A DNA stretch of 64,000 nucleotides, from contig JBEKOG010000010.1 in assembly GCA_049522015.1 (NCBI GenBank), positions 21,840 to 85,839 of the forward strand, written 5' to 3'. The notes below the pieces were generated by a model. The model was not told where the DNA came from. It did not search any database and saw only the letters and a program-made list of their open reading frames with translations. Position 1 is the first letter of the stretch; the number at the start of each line of letters is the position of its first letter. This stretch comes from Verrucomicrobiota bacterium. Lineage in GTDB: Bacteria > Verrucomicrobiota > Verrucomicrobiia > Limisphaerales > UBA11358. A program made the position numbers and the translations under genes. This document shows positions 54,156-61,637 of the stretch, piece by piece.

Positions 54156-55724
54156 TCATGGCCGCCACAACCGGAAAAACAGACTGGTGTTCGTTATGCC
54201 CATCACCACGGAGTTTTGATTGTTGGTCACGACGGAAGCCGGACCGTTTGTGTTCCACGAGGCTGGCGGATTGAGATTCGCGGCCGATTCCAGAACGAAG
54301 CCGGCAGGATAAAGTGGCCATTGAAGGACGACGTTTGTGCCGGACCGGACAATACCCAGCGGCAGGGAGAAAAATTCAAATGCGAGCGCGTAGGTTTCGC
54401 TGCTGCTGACAAAACTCCCGCCGGCTTTCCAAACCTGCAAATCGTACCGCCCCTGCGCGAGATTCGGCACAAAGATGTGCTCCACGTTGTCCACGGCGCT
54501 GGTGCTGACCGCCACGAGATTGCTGTTGGCGGCGTTGTATAAAAACAGGTTGAGGTTGTTGATGCCCGACTTATTTCGTTGACGGTTCCAAACGAGCGTT
54601 GCTGTCGCCGTGAACATGGCTTCGCTGACGCCGTTGGTGACGTTGAAATAATAATGGTTCACCCCGTCGGACGTGGAACTGCTGGTGTTGGTGTTGAAAT
54701 CCCAGCCGCTTAAGGTGCTGACCATGCCACTGGCGCCAGTGGGGGGATGTGCCCCGCCGGTGGAAACGCTGGTGGAAACAATATAACCATGCCTGCCCCC
54801 GGCGAGTTGCTCGTAGGAATTGAAAACGTTCAACACGCCCGCGCCGTAGCGCGTGTCCAAGGGCGAAGGGGCGTTGTTGGTCCAATCGGCGGGTTTGACG
54901 GCACCATTCAGCAGCAGTGCCTTCACCGTGCGGATGTCCGCGGCGGCATTCGTGCCATTGCCGCCATCGCCGCGCGCGCCGGCCTGCATGAGCACTGCCG
55001 CTGCGCCGGAAACATAAGGCGTGGAAAAACTCGTGAGCCCGGCGGGATAACCCGGCGCCGTGATGTCCGGTTTGGCGCGACCGTTGTCAAGTGTCGGCCC
55101 GGTGCTTGAACTGCCATTGTCAACCGCCACGCCAATCCCGTTATAACAGGTCGCCGGCGCGTTCACCGACCCGCCATTGCCCACGCCGGAAACAAACAAT
55201 GTATTGTATCGCTCGGTGTAATTGTCGTAGGTCGAATCAATGATCTGTTGCTGGCTGACGCCGGTTACGACAAAGTTAAAACTCTGGTTTACCACCGGAT
55301 CATTGTTGTTGAGAGGGACAGACCCCGCGATCAACGAGTTGTAAAAATAACCTGCCTCGTAATTGTCCACGAGCGCGACGTTCGTGGCCACGCCATTGGG
55401 AATGCCATAAAAATTTGTCCCCACCGCATCCGCATGACCGGACTCGGCCCCCAAGGAGTTGGGAAAGGTTGTCGCCGAACCGTTGCTGGAATAATAGGTG
55501 AAGAGGCTGGTCAATTGCCCGAACGAGCTGGAATTAACCTGCCAGTTGGTCGTCGTTGGCCCGTTGTTTGCCTCCGGCTGTGCCACGTGTATGCCCGCCC
55601 CATTGACATTGGTCGTTATAGTCCACAATAGCGTAACGCCGATGGTGTCGAGATTCTGTGCGCGGGCGGCCATTGGCCCCAAGAAAACGAAGGCTAGGAG
55701 AAATTGTGCGCCGCGCAATTTCAT
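54156..55724 (-). CDS. Secreted subtilisin-like (clan SB) serine peptidase
   Basis: Signal peptide MKLRGAQFLLAFVFLGPMAARA (ATG 55724); His-motif-like ESGHADAVGT; VSGVGNGG; Ser motif LTSFSTPYVSGAAAVLMQAG; catalytic Asp motif not confidently located. Confidence 0.7.
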   Translation of the reverse strand: MKLRGAQFLLAFVFLGPMAARAQNLDTIGVTLLWTITTNVNGAGIHVAQPEANNGPTTTNWQVNSSSFGQLTSLFTYYSSNGSATTFPNSLGAESGHADAVGTNFYGIPNGVATNVALVDNYEAGYFYNSLIAGSVPLNNNDPVVNQSFNFVVTGVSQQQIIDSTYDNYTERYNTLFVSGVGNGGSVNAPATCYNGIGVAVDNGSSSTGPTLDNGRAKPDITAPGYPAGLTSFSTPYVSGAAAVLMQAGARGDGGNGTNAAADIRTVKALLLNGAVKPADWTNNAPSPLDTRYGAGVLNVFNSYEQLAGGRHGYIVSTSVSTGGAHPPTGASGMVSTLSGWDFNTNTSSSTSDGVNHYYFNVTNGVSEAMFTATATLVWNRQRNKSGINNLNLFLYNAANSNLVAVSTSAVDNVEHIFVPNLAQGRYDLQVWKAGGSFVSSSETYALAFEFFSLPLGIVRSGTNVVLQWPLYPAGFVLESAANLNPPASWNTNGPASVVTNNQNSVVMGITNTSLFFRLWRP

Positions 55725-55876
55725 GGGATTTTCATTTTTTACCGCAAATTTTATGCCCAATTCCAACCCCATATCTGAAGTTTGAGGCGGTTGCGGATTC
55801 CTAAAATATAGCCGCGAATCGTGCCAAAGCAAATCACAGTCATTTCCTTTTAACGCCGCAGCGCTACACTGCCAGC

Positions 55877-56656
55877 GTGTCCGACACGCTGGTTGTCAAC
55901 GAAATCTACTTGAGCTTGCAAGGCGAAAGCACCTTCGCCGGGCTGCCGTGCGTTTTTATCCGGCTCACCGCCTGCGATTTGCGCTGCTCGTATTGCGACA
56001 CCGCCTACGCCTTTACCGAAGGCAAAAAAAAATCACTCGAAGAAATTTGCACGGAAGTCCGGCAACTGGCCGCGCCGTTCCGCCCGCCCCTCAACCCTCA
56101 ACCCCTTGGCGCGGCGAAGCGGAGCGGAGACGGCTCAACCCTCAACTCCGTGCCCTTGGTTGAACTTACCGGCGGCGAACCGTTGCTCCAGAAAAATTCC
56201 CTGCCGCTGATGAAATTGCTTTGTGACGACGGTTTTACCGTGTTGCTTGAAACCAGCGGTGCGCATGACATCTCGCCGGTTGACCCGCGCGTCCGGCGCA
56301 TCATGGATTTGAAATGTCCCGGCAGTGGCGAGGCCGAACGCAATCGCTGGGCCAACCTCAAACTCCTGAAAGCGACCGATGAAATCAAATTCGTCATTCG
56401 CACGGTTGAAGATTATGAGTGGGCCAGGCGGCAAATCCCCGAACACCGGCTGAATCTGGTATGCCCTCTGCTCTTTTCGTGGGTGCATCCGCTGGCGCCG
56501 GAGCAACAAAATAAATCATTGAAAAAGGTTCCCGCCGGCCAGACGGCGGTTTCGCGGCGCGAATTGGCGGAAAGAATCATCGCCGACGCGCTGCCGGTGC
56601 GGTTTCAAGTTCAACTGCACAAAATCATCTGGCCGCCGAAACAACGGGGAGTTTAA
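55877..56656 (+). CDS. queE: 7-carboxy-7-deazaguanine synthase QueE (radical SAM)
   Basis: GTG start; NEIYLSLQGESTFAGLPCVFIRLTACDLRCSYCDT, LTGGEPLLQ, ETSG, C-terminal QLHKIIW. Confidence 0.9.
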   Translation: MSDTLVVNEIYLSLQGESTFAGLPCVFIRLTACDLRCSYCDTAYAFTEGKKKSLEEICTEVRQLAAPFRPPLNPQPLGAAKRSGDGSTLNSVPLVELTGGEPLLQKNSLPLMKLLCDDGFTVLLETSGAHDISPVDPRVRRIMDLKCPGSGEAERNRWANLKLLKATDEIKFVIRTVEDYEWARRQIPEHRLNLVCPLLFSWVHPLAPEQQNKSLKKVPAGQTAVSRRELAERIIADALPVRFQVQLHKIIWPPKQRGV

Positions 56657-56891
56657 TCAGCCACCGATGAAACGCAGATTGAATACAGAAATACGCAACC
56701 GCGTTTTCTCCCTCTCCGCCAACGAAGTTGGGGGAGTGGGCCGCCCGTCCTCCGTAGCAGTACTGCGGAGGGTGGAGGGTGAGGTGGCGCGTGAAACTCA
56801 AATCCCCTCACCCGGTCCCTCTCCCCGCTTGGGCGGGGCGAGGGGAAAAGCATTCTGCATTTCTAAAATTCATCCGTGTCCATCCGTGGTT
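56657..56891. repeat. Composite cluster of short repeat modules filling the queE / aminotransferase spacer
   Basis: Hairpin CCTCCGTAGCAGTACTGCGGAGG (56749-56771); GC-rich module (reverse-strand reading ...SPRPSGERDRVRG...); 21-mer CATCCGTGTCCATCCGTGGTT (56871-56891). Confidence 0.5.
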
Positions 56892-56896
56892 AAAAA

Positions 56897-58189
56897 ATGA
56901 AATCGCAGCAAACCATCCGACTGCTGCGTGATTACGAATCGCGCAACATCGTGTTCATGGAGCCGGACGGCTCCTGGCCCATCATTTGGGAACGCGCCAA
57001 AGACGTTTTCGTTTGGGACGCCGACGGGAAAAAATACCTCGATTTGACCGCCGCGTTTGGCGTCGCCGCCGCCGGTCATGCAAACCCGCGCGTCGTCAAA
57101 GCCGGTCAAAAACAAATGTCCCGCCTTTTGCACGCCATGGGCGACGTGCATCCGCACGCGCGCAAAGCGGAACTCGCCCGCGACTTGAGCCGGATTACAT
57201 TTGAACGTTGGAGCAACGGCAAAAAATCGGGCAAGGTCATTTTCGGCAATTCCGGTTTTGAAGCCGTTGAGGCCGCGTTCAAAACCGCGATGCTGGCCAC
57301 CGGCAAACGCGGTGTGATTGCCTTCGAGGGCGCGTATCATGGCCTCGGCTACGGCGCGCTCAACGCCACCCACCGCAATTTTTTTCGCACCCCGTTTCAT
57401 TTTCAACTTCGCGAGTTTGGAAACTTCGTGCCGTTTCCAAAAAAATCCACCGACCTTGCTGCCGTTGAATGGTCCATCCGCCATCTTTTCCGCCGCGAAT
57501 GGATTGGCGCGATTCTCGTCGAACCGGTGCAGGCACGCGGCGGCATCCATGTTCCGCCCAAGGAATTTCTGCCGCTGCTGCGAAAACTGTGCGACGAGCA
57601 CGGTGCGCTGCTGATTCTCGATGAAATTTACACCGGCTTCGGCCGCACCGGAAAATGGTTTGCCTGCGAACACACCGGCGTCGTGCCCGACCTGATCTGC
57701 CTGGGCAAGGCACTCACCGGCGGTTTCCCGCTCTCGGCCTGCATTGGCCGTGCCGACCTGATGGATACCGCGTGGCCGGCATCGCGCGGCGAGGCGATTC
57801 ACACCAGCACCTTCCTCGGCCATCCCGTCGGCTGCGCGATGGCGCTGGCGCAAATCAAGGAGATTGAAAACCTGGATTTGTCCGAAAGCAGCGCGGAACT
57901 TGGCGAATTTCTGCTCGGCGAACTGCAATCGAAGATTTCAAATCCGAAATTTCAAATCGCCGCGCGCGGTTTGGGTTTGATGGCTGGCGTCGAACTGCAC
58001 TTGTCCGACGGCAGGCCGGCCACCGACGTGGCCATGCAGGCCATTAAAACCATGTTACAGCACGGCTTCATTCTGTTGCCCGAAGGGGAGTATGGTAACG
58101 TCATCAGTTTCACCCCACCGCTGACCATCACCAAAGCGCAATTGGCCAAAGCGGTCAACACGCTGGCGGAAGTCCTAAACCACGGATAA
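56897..58189 (+). CDS. Class III PLP-dependent aminotransferase (acetylornithine/GABA aminotransferase-like)
   Basis: 430 aa; GNSGFEAVEAAFK, ILVEPVQARGGI, LLILDEIYTGFGRTGKWF, PDLICLGKALTGG (PLP Lys), STFLGHP. Confidence 0.88.
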   Translation: MKSQQTIRLLRDYESRNIVFMEPDGSWPIIWERAKDVFVWDADGKKYLDLTAAFGVAAAGHANPRVVKAGQKQMSRLLHAMGDVHPHARKAELARDLSRITFERWSNGKKSGKVIFGNSGFEAVEAAFKTAMLATGKRGVIAFEGAYHGLGYGALNATHRNFFRTPFHFQLREFGNFVPFPKKSTDLAAVEWSIRHLFRREWIGAILVEPVQARGGIHVPPKEFLPLLRKLCDEHGALLILDEIYTGFGRTGKWFACEHTGVVPDLICLGKALTGGFPLSACIGRADLMDTAWPASRGEAIHTSTFLGHPVGCAMALAQIKEIENLDLSESSAELGEFLLGELQSKISNPKFQIAARGLGLMAGVELHLSDGRPATDVAMQAIKTMLQHGFILLPEGEYGNVISFTPPLTITKAQLAKAVNTLAEVLNHG

Positions 58190-58230
58190 ACACGGATGTA
58201 CCCAGCGCGGCTTACGCCGCAACCACAGAT

Positions 58231-58329
58231 TTTGGACTGCGGCGGGAAGCGAAGCGCCACGCCGCTTTTGGAAGCAACCGGCAGCACGGAAAGCGGTGTC
58301 GCCGCTGCGCTCTGCCACCGCAGTCCAAA
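58231..58329. repeat. About 100-nt imperfect hairpin element
   Basis: TTTGGACTGCGGCGGGAAGCG...GCCGCTTT (58231-58268) versus AAAGCGGTG...CCACCGCAGTCCAAA (58290-58329); followed by AATTCG-rich repeats up to about 58470. Confidence 0.6.
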
Positions 58330-58494
58330 TCTTTGTCGTCCGTGCGCGAAGTTGCAGGATTGTATTACGGATATGGAAAACAAATCTTTACGCGAATTTC
58401 GCCAATTGTCGCGAATAGTTTGCGTCTGTTTTTTTAATTCGTGCCAATTCGCGCAATTCGTGTAAAAGCTGCTTTCCAGGTGAAGCTTTCGGAG

Positions 58495-59409
58495 ATGCGG
58501 GAACTGCTGGCCACGCGCGGGATTCAACTGACAAAATCCCTCGGCCAGAATTTTCTGCACGATGGTAATCAACTCCGGCGCATCGTCGAGGCGGCGGAAC
58601 TGAAAAAAACGGATAAAGTCCTTGAAATCGGCCCGGGGCTGGGCCCGCTGACGGAATTGTTGCTGGAAAATGCGGGTGTGGTTTTGGCGATCGAGAAAGA
58701 CGCCCGGCTCATGCAAGTTTTACGGGAGCGGTTCGACGTAGCGCAGGCGTCCCGCCTGCACGATTTCAAAAAAAATTTGAAAGCAGGCGGACCGCCCGCG
58801 CTACATTTGCTCCACGCCGATGCGCTGGAGTTTTTGAAAGTGGGACAGGCTTCCAGCCTGTCATCTGAAAATAAATCAGAGACAGGCAGGATGCCTGTCC
58901 CACTTGATTGGCACGATTGGAAGCTCGTGGCGAATTTGCCCTACTCCGTCGCCTCAACCATTTTTGTGGAACTGGCGCAATCACCCAAACGACCGGAGCG
59001 GATGGTCGCGACGTTGCAGCTCGAAGTGGCCCACCGGCTCATGGCCAAAGCTGGCGACGAAGATTACGGGGTGCTGACGCTGCTGCTTCAACTCGACTAC
59101 GAGCTGCGCGAGTGGTTCAAAATACCGGCAAGCTGTTTTTTTCCCGCCCCGGACGTGGATTCGGCCTGCGTGGTCTTGATTCGTCGCGCCCAACCGCTTT
59201 TGCCCGAAAACCAGCACGCGATTTTTGTGAAAATCGTGAAGCGCGCGTTTTCGCAACGACGAAAAAAAATGCTGAAACTTTTAAGGGAAGACTGGCCGCC
59301 GGAAAAATTGGAGCGGGCATTTGAAGAATTGAAAATTCCCCCGCAGGAACGCGCGGAGAAATTGAGTTTGGAACAAATTGTTGCGCTGACAGTAATTTTA
59401 GCGCCGTAG
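58495..59409 (+). CDS. rsmA: 16S rRNA (adenine1518/1519-N6)-dimethyltransferase RsmA/KsgA, with two in-frame insertions
   Basis: KSLGQNFLHD, VLEIGPGLGPLTE, ANLPYSVAS, FFPAPDVDSACV, FSQRRKKM. Start could be GTG 58480. About 30 aa longer than E. coli KsgA between the SAM-binding motif and NLPY. Confidence 0.88.
   Translation: MRELLATRGIQLTKSLGQNFLHDGNQLRRIVEAAELKKTDKVLEIGPGLGPLTELLLENAGVVLAIEKDARLMQVLRERFDVAQASRLHDFKKNLKAGGPPALHLLHADALEFLKVGQASSLSSENKSETGRMPVPLDWHDWKLVANLPYSVASTIFVELAQSPKRPERMVATLQLEVAHRLMAKAGDEDYGVLTLLLQLDYELREWFKIPASCFFPAPDVDSACVVLIRRAQPLLPENQHAIFVKIVKRAFSQRRKKMLKLLREDWPPEKLERAFEELKIPPQERAEKLSLEQIVALTVILAP
58738..58804. repeat. 67-nt palindromic element inside the rsmA ORF
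   Basis: GTAGCGCAGGCGTCCCGCCTGC / GCAGGCGGACCGCCCGCGCTAC arms around the palindromic core TTTCAAAAAAAATTTGAAA. Confidence 0.7.
58840..58903. repeat. 64-nt palindromic element inside the rsmA ORF
   Basis: GTGGGACAGGCTTCCAGCCTGTC / GACAGGCAGGATGCCTGTCCCAC arms around TCTGAAAATAAATCAGA. Confidence 0.7.
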
Positions 59410-60035
59410 GCGTGGCATATTTGTAGAATTTACGCCAAAAAAGATTCCCAAGCTCCGTCAGGAGCGGCATCTTCCGGGCATGGCCAACACCTACACGCAG
59501 ATTTACATCCACGTCGTGTTCGCCGTCGAAGGCCGGCAAAGTCTCATCTCGCCGGAACATAACAATGAACTTCAAAAATACATCACCGGCATTATCTCTG
59601 CGCAAGAGCACAAGCTGATTGTCATCAACAATATGCCGGACCATTTGCATTTGCTGGTCGGCCTGCGGCCGGACACAGCGTTGTCTGATCTGGTACGAGA
59701 CGTAAAAGCCGGCTCATCAAAATTTATCAATGAAAAGCATTGGGTTATGGGACGATTTTCGTGGCAGGGAGGATTCGGCGCATTTTCATATTCGCGCTCA
59801 CAACTCGGCGCGGTGATCCGTTACATCGAGAACCAACAAAAGCATCATGCGAAGAAATCGTTTCGCGATGAATATGTTGAATTGCTCGAAAAATTCTGCG
59901 TGGAATACGACCGGCGCTATATTTTTACGGCTGGCGACGAGTAATTTTGCAACCAGAAGCAGAATATGTCGCCCCTGACGGGGCTAAAAACTGATTGTTG
60001 ATTTGATTTCTACAAATATGCCGCGCCTACGGCGC
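59401..60035 (+). mobile_element. IS200/RAYT-like element: Y1 transposase gene bounded by about 70-bp composite inverted ends
   Basis: Left GCGCCGTAGGCGTGGCATATTTGTAGAA (59401-59428) and right TTCTACAAATATGCCGCGCCTACGGCGC (60008-60035) are 27/28 inverted; each has a subterminal hairpin 22 nt inward (GCTCCGTCAGGAGC 59452-59465; GCCCCTGACGGGGC 59971-59984). Confidence 0.7.
59480..59944 (+). CDS. IS200/IS605-family HUH Y1 transposase (RAYT-like)
   Basis: 154 aa; QIYIHVVFAVEGR, HUH motif DHLHLLV, catalytic Tyr helix VIRYIENQQKHH. Confidence 0.88.
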   Translation: MANTYTQIYIHVVFAVEGRQSLISPEHNNELQKYITGIISAQEHKLIVINNMPDHLHLLVGLRPDTALSDLVRDVKAGSSKFINEKHWVMGRFSWQGGFGAFSYSRSQLGAVIRYIENQQKHHAKKSFRDEYVELLEKFCVEYDRRYIFTAGDE

Positions 60036-60040
60036 TGTTT

Positions 60041-60538
60041 ATGAGCGAGGAAATTTTCGACATCGTCAACGAGCGCGACGAGGTGGTTGGGCAGAATACG
60101 CGCCACGAGGTGCACCGGCTTGACCTGAAGCATCGCGCCGTGCATGTGCTGGTGTTCAATTCGCTCGGTGAGACTTTTCTCCAAAAGCGCTCGATGAACA
60201 AAGACCGCGAGCCGGGCAAATGGGATTCCTCATCGTCGGGTCACGTGGATTCCGGCGAGGATTACGACGCCTGCGCCGTGCGCGAATTGCGCGAGGAAAT
60301 CGGATTGACCGTTGCCAAAGCGCCGGAGCGGCTGTTCAAAATCGCCGCGTGCCCGGAAACGGATGCGGAATTTGTCTGGGTCTATCGCTGTCAGGCCGAA
60401 GGGCCGTTCCAACTGCATCCGGACGAAATCGAGCGCGGCGGATGGTTTGCGCCGGAAAAAATCACGCGCTGGATTGCAGAGAAACCGGGGGATTTTGCGA
60501 GCGCGTTCCGGCTTATCTGGCAAACATTGAACCGTTAA
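60041..60538 (+). CDS. NUDIX hydrolase
   Basis: Nudix box GHVDSGEDYDACAVRELREEIGL; 165 aa; ATG lies 5 nt after the right end of the IS200-like element. Confidence 0.88.
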   Translation: MSEEIFDIVNERDEVVGQNTRHEVHRLDLKHRAVHVLVFNSLGETFLQKRSMNKDREPGKWDSSSSGHVDSGEDYDACAVRELREEIGLTVAKAPERLFKIAACPETDAEFVWVYRCQAEGPFQLHPDEIERGGWFAPEKITRWIAEKPGDFASAFRLIWQTLNR

Positions 60539-60608
60539 ACCATCGGCAACAGGTCAGATTGATGAAATATGATGGGGTGGATGAAGGCCAAAATTCCTAA
60601 TTCCTAAA

Positions 60609-60702
60609 TCCGAATGACTAAATAATTCCCAATGACCAATTCAGAATGCCCGGGCGGGGAGAATTATTTTGTCATTCGGGCTTCGTGATTATTTAGTCAT
60701 TA
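60609..60702. repeat. AT-rich GTCATTCG-type inverted and direct repeats upstream of clpP
   Basis: CCGAATGACTAAATAATTC (60610-60628) pairs with GAATTATTTTGTCATTCGG (60661-60679), 18/19; further copies GATTATTTAGTCATT (60688-60702) and TTAGTCATTCGTCATTC. Confidence 0.5.
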
Positions 60703-60835
60703 TGGCTTAGTCATTCGTCATTCAAGGGATATGCGCCTTTCATGGGAACACCCCTGGCCTGGCCGGTCCTAAACCAAAACAACCCATTACCGATCCGTTT
60801 CGCGCCTTTACTTGCGGCAAAAATAGAGTAGTTAT

Positions 60836-61471
60836 TTGGCCATGGAAAATTTTCTGGTTCCGATTGTGGTTGAACAAACCGGCCGCGGCGAGCGGAGTTG
60901 GGACATTTATTCGCGCCTGCTCGTTGACCGCATCCTTTTCATCGGCACGCCGGTGGATGACATGGTTTCGAACGTCATCATCGCGCAGCTTTTGTTCCTG
61001 CAAATGTCCGATCCGAAAAAGGACATTCATCTCTACATTAATTCACCCGGCGGCAGCGTTACGGCCGGGCTGGCGGTTTACGACACGATGCAATATCTCA
61101 CCTGCGACGTGAACACCTATTGCGTCGGGCAGGCGGCCAGCATGGCCGCGGTCCTGCTCGCGGCGGGCACGAAGGGCAAACGTTACGCCTTGCCGAACGC
61201 GCGCATCCTCATCCATCAGCCCTGGGGCGGCGTGCAGGGCCAGGCCAGCGACATCAGCATCCAGGCCAGGGAAATTTTGCGGCTCAAGGACCGGCTCAAC
61301 GAAATTCTCGCCAAACACACCGGCAAATCCGTCGAAAGCATTGGCAAAGACACTGACCGCGACAACTTCATGTCCGCCGCCGAAGCCAAAGCTTACGGCC
61401 TCGTGGATCAAGTGGTGCAATCCCGCAAGGAAATCCCCGGGTCCGCGGAGAAAACTTCGGTGGTTGTTTGA
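60836..61471 (+). CDS. clpP: ATP-dependent Clp protease proteolytic subunit
   Basis: [44 protein letters not shown] (Ser), ILIHQP (His). Confidence 0.96.
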   Translation: MAMENFLVPIVVEQTGRGERSWDIYSRLLVDRILFIGTPVDDMVSNVIIAQLLFLQMSDPKKDIHLYINSPGGSVTAGLAVYDTMQYLTCDVNTYCVGQAASMAAVLLAAGTKGKRYALPNARILIHQPWGGVQGQASDISIQAREILRLKDRLNEILAKHTGKSVESIGKDTDRDNFMSAAEAKAYGLVDQVVQSRKEIPGSAEKTSVVV

Positions 61472-61601
61472 ACAAGATAATCTCAAACGTCGCATGAACT
61501 CAAAGCGAACCCTCACGGCCCCCGCCCTTTCCGAAAGGGCGAGGGAGAAGCGTTCGGATGTTCGCTGTAATTCTAAATGCGCCGCGCCATTCGCCGTTGG
61601 C

Positions 61602-61632
61602 AATCGCAAATCGTAAATCGCAAATCGTAAAT
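61602..61632. repeat. Heptamer/14-mer tandem repeat immediately upstream of clpX
   Basis: CGCAAATCGTAAAT x2 (61605-61618 and 61619-61632), underlying AAATCGY period of 7; ends 5 nt before GTG 61638. Confidence 0.7.
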
Positions 61633-61637
61633 TCCCC

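Noticed and set aside
55725-55876. Possible preQ1 riboswitch upstream of queE
   Set aside because: I see no compact hairpin followed by an A-rich tail with the conserved preQ1-I loop sequence. The spacer serves as a divergent promoter with the peptidase gene.
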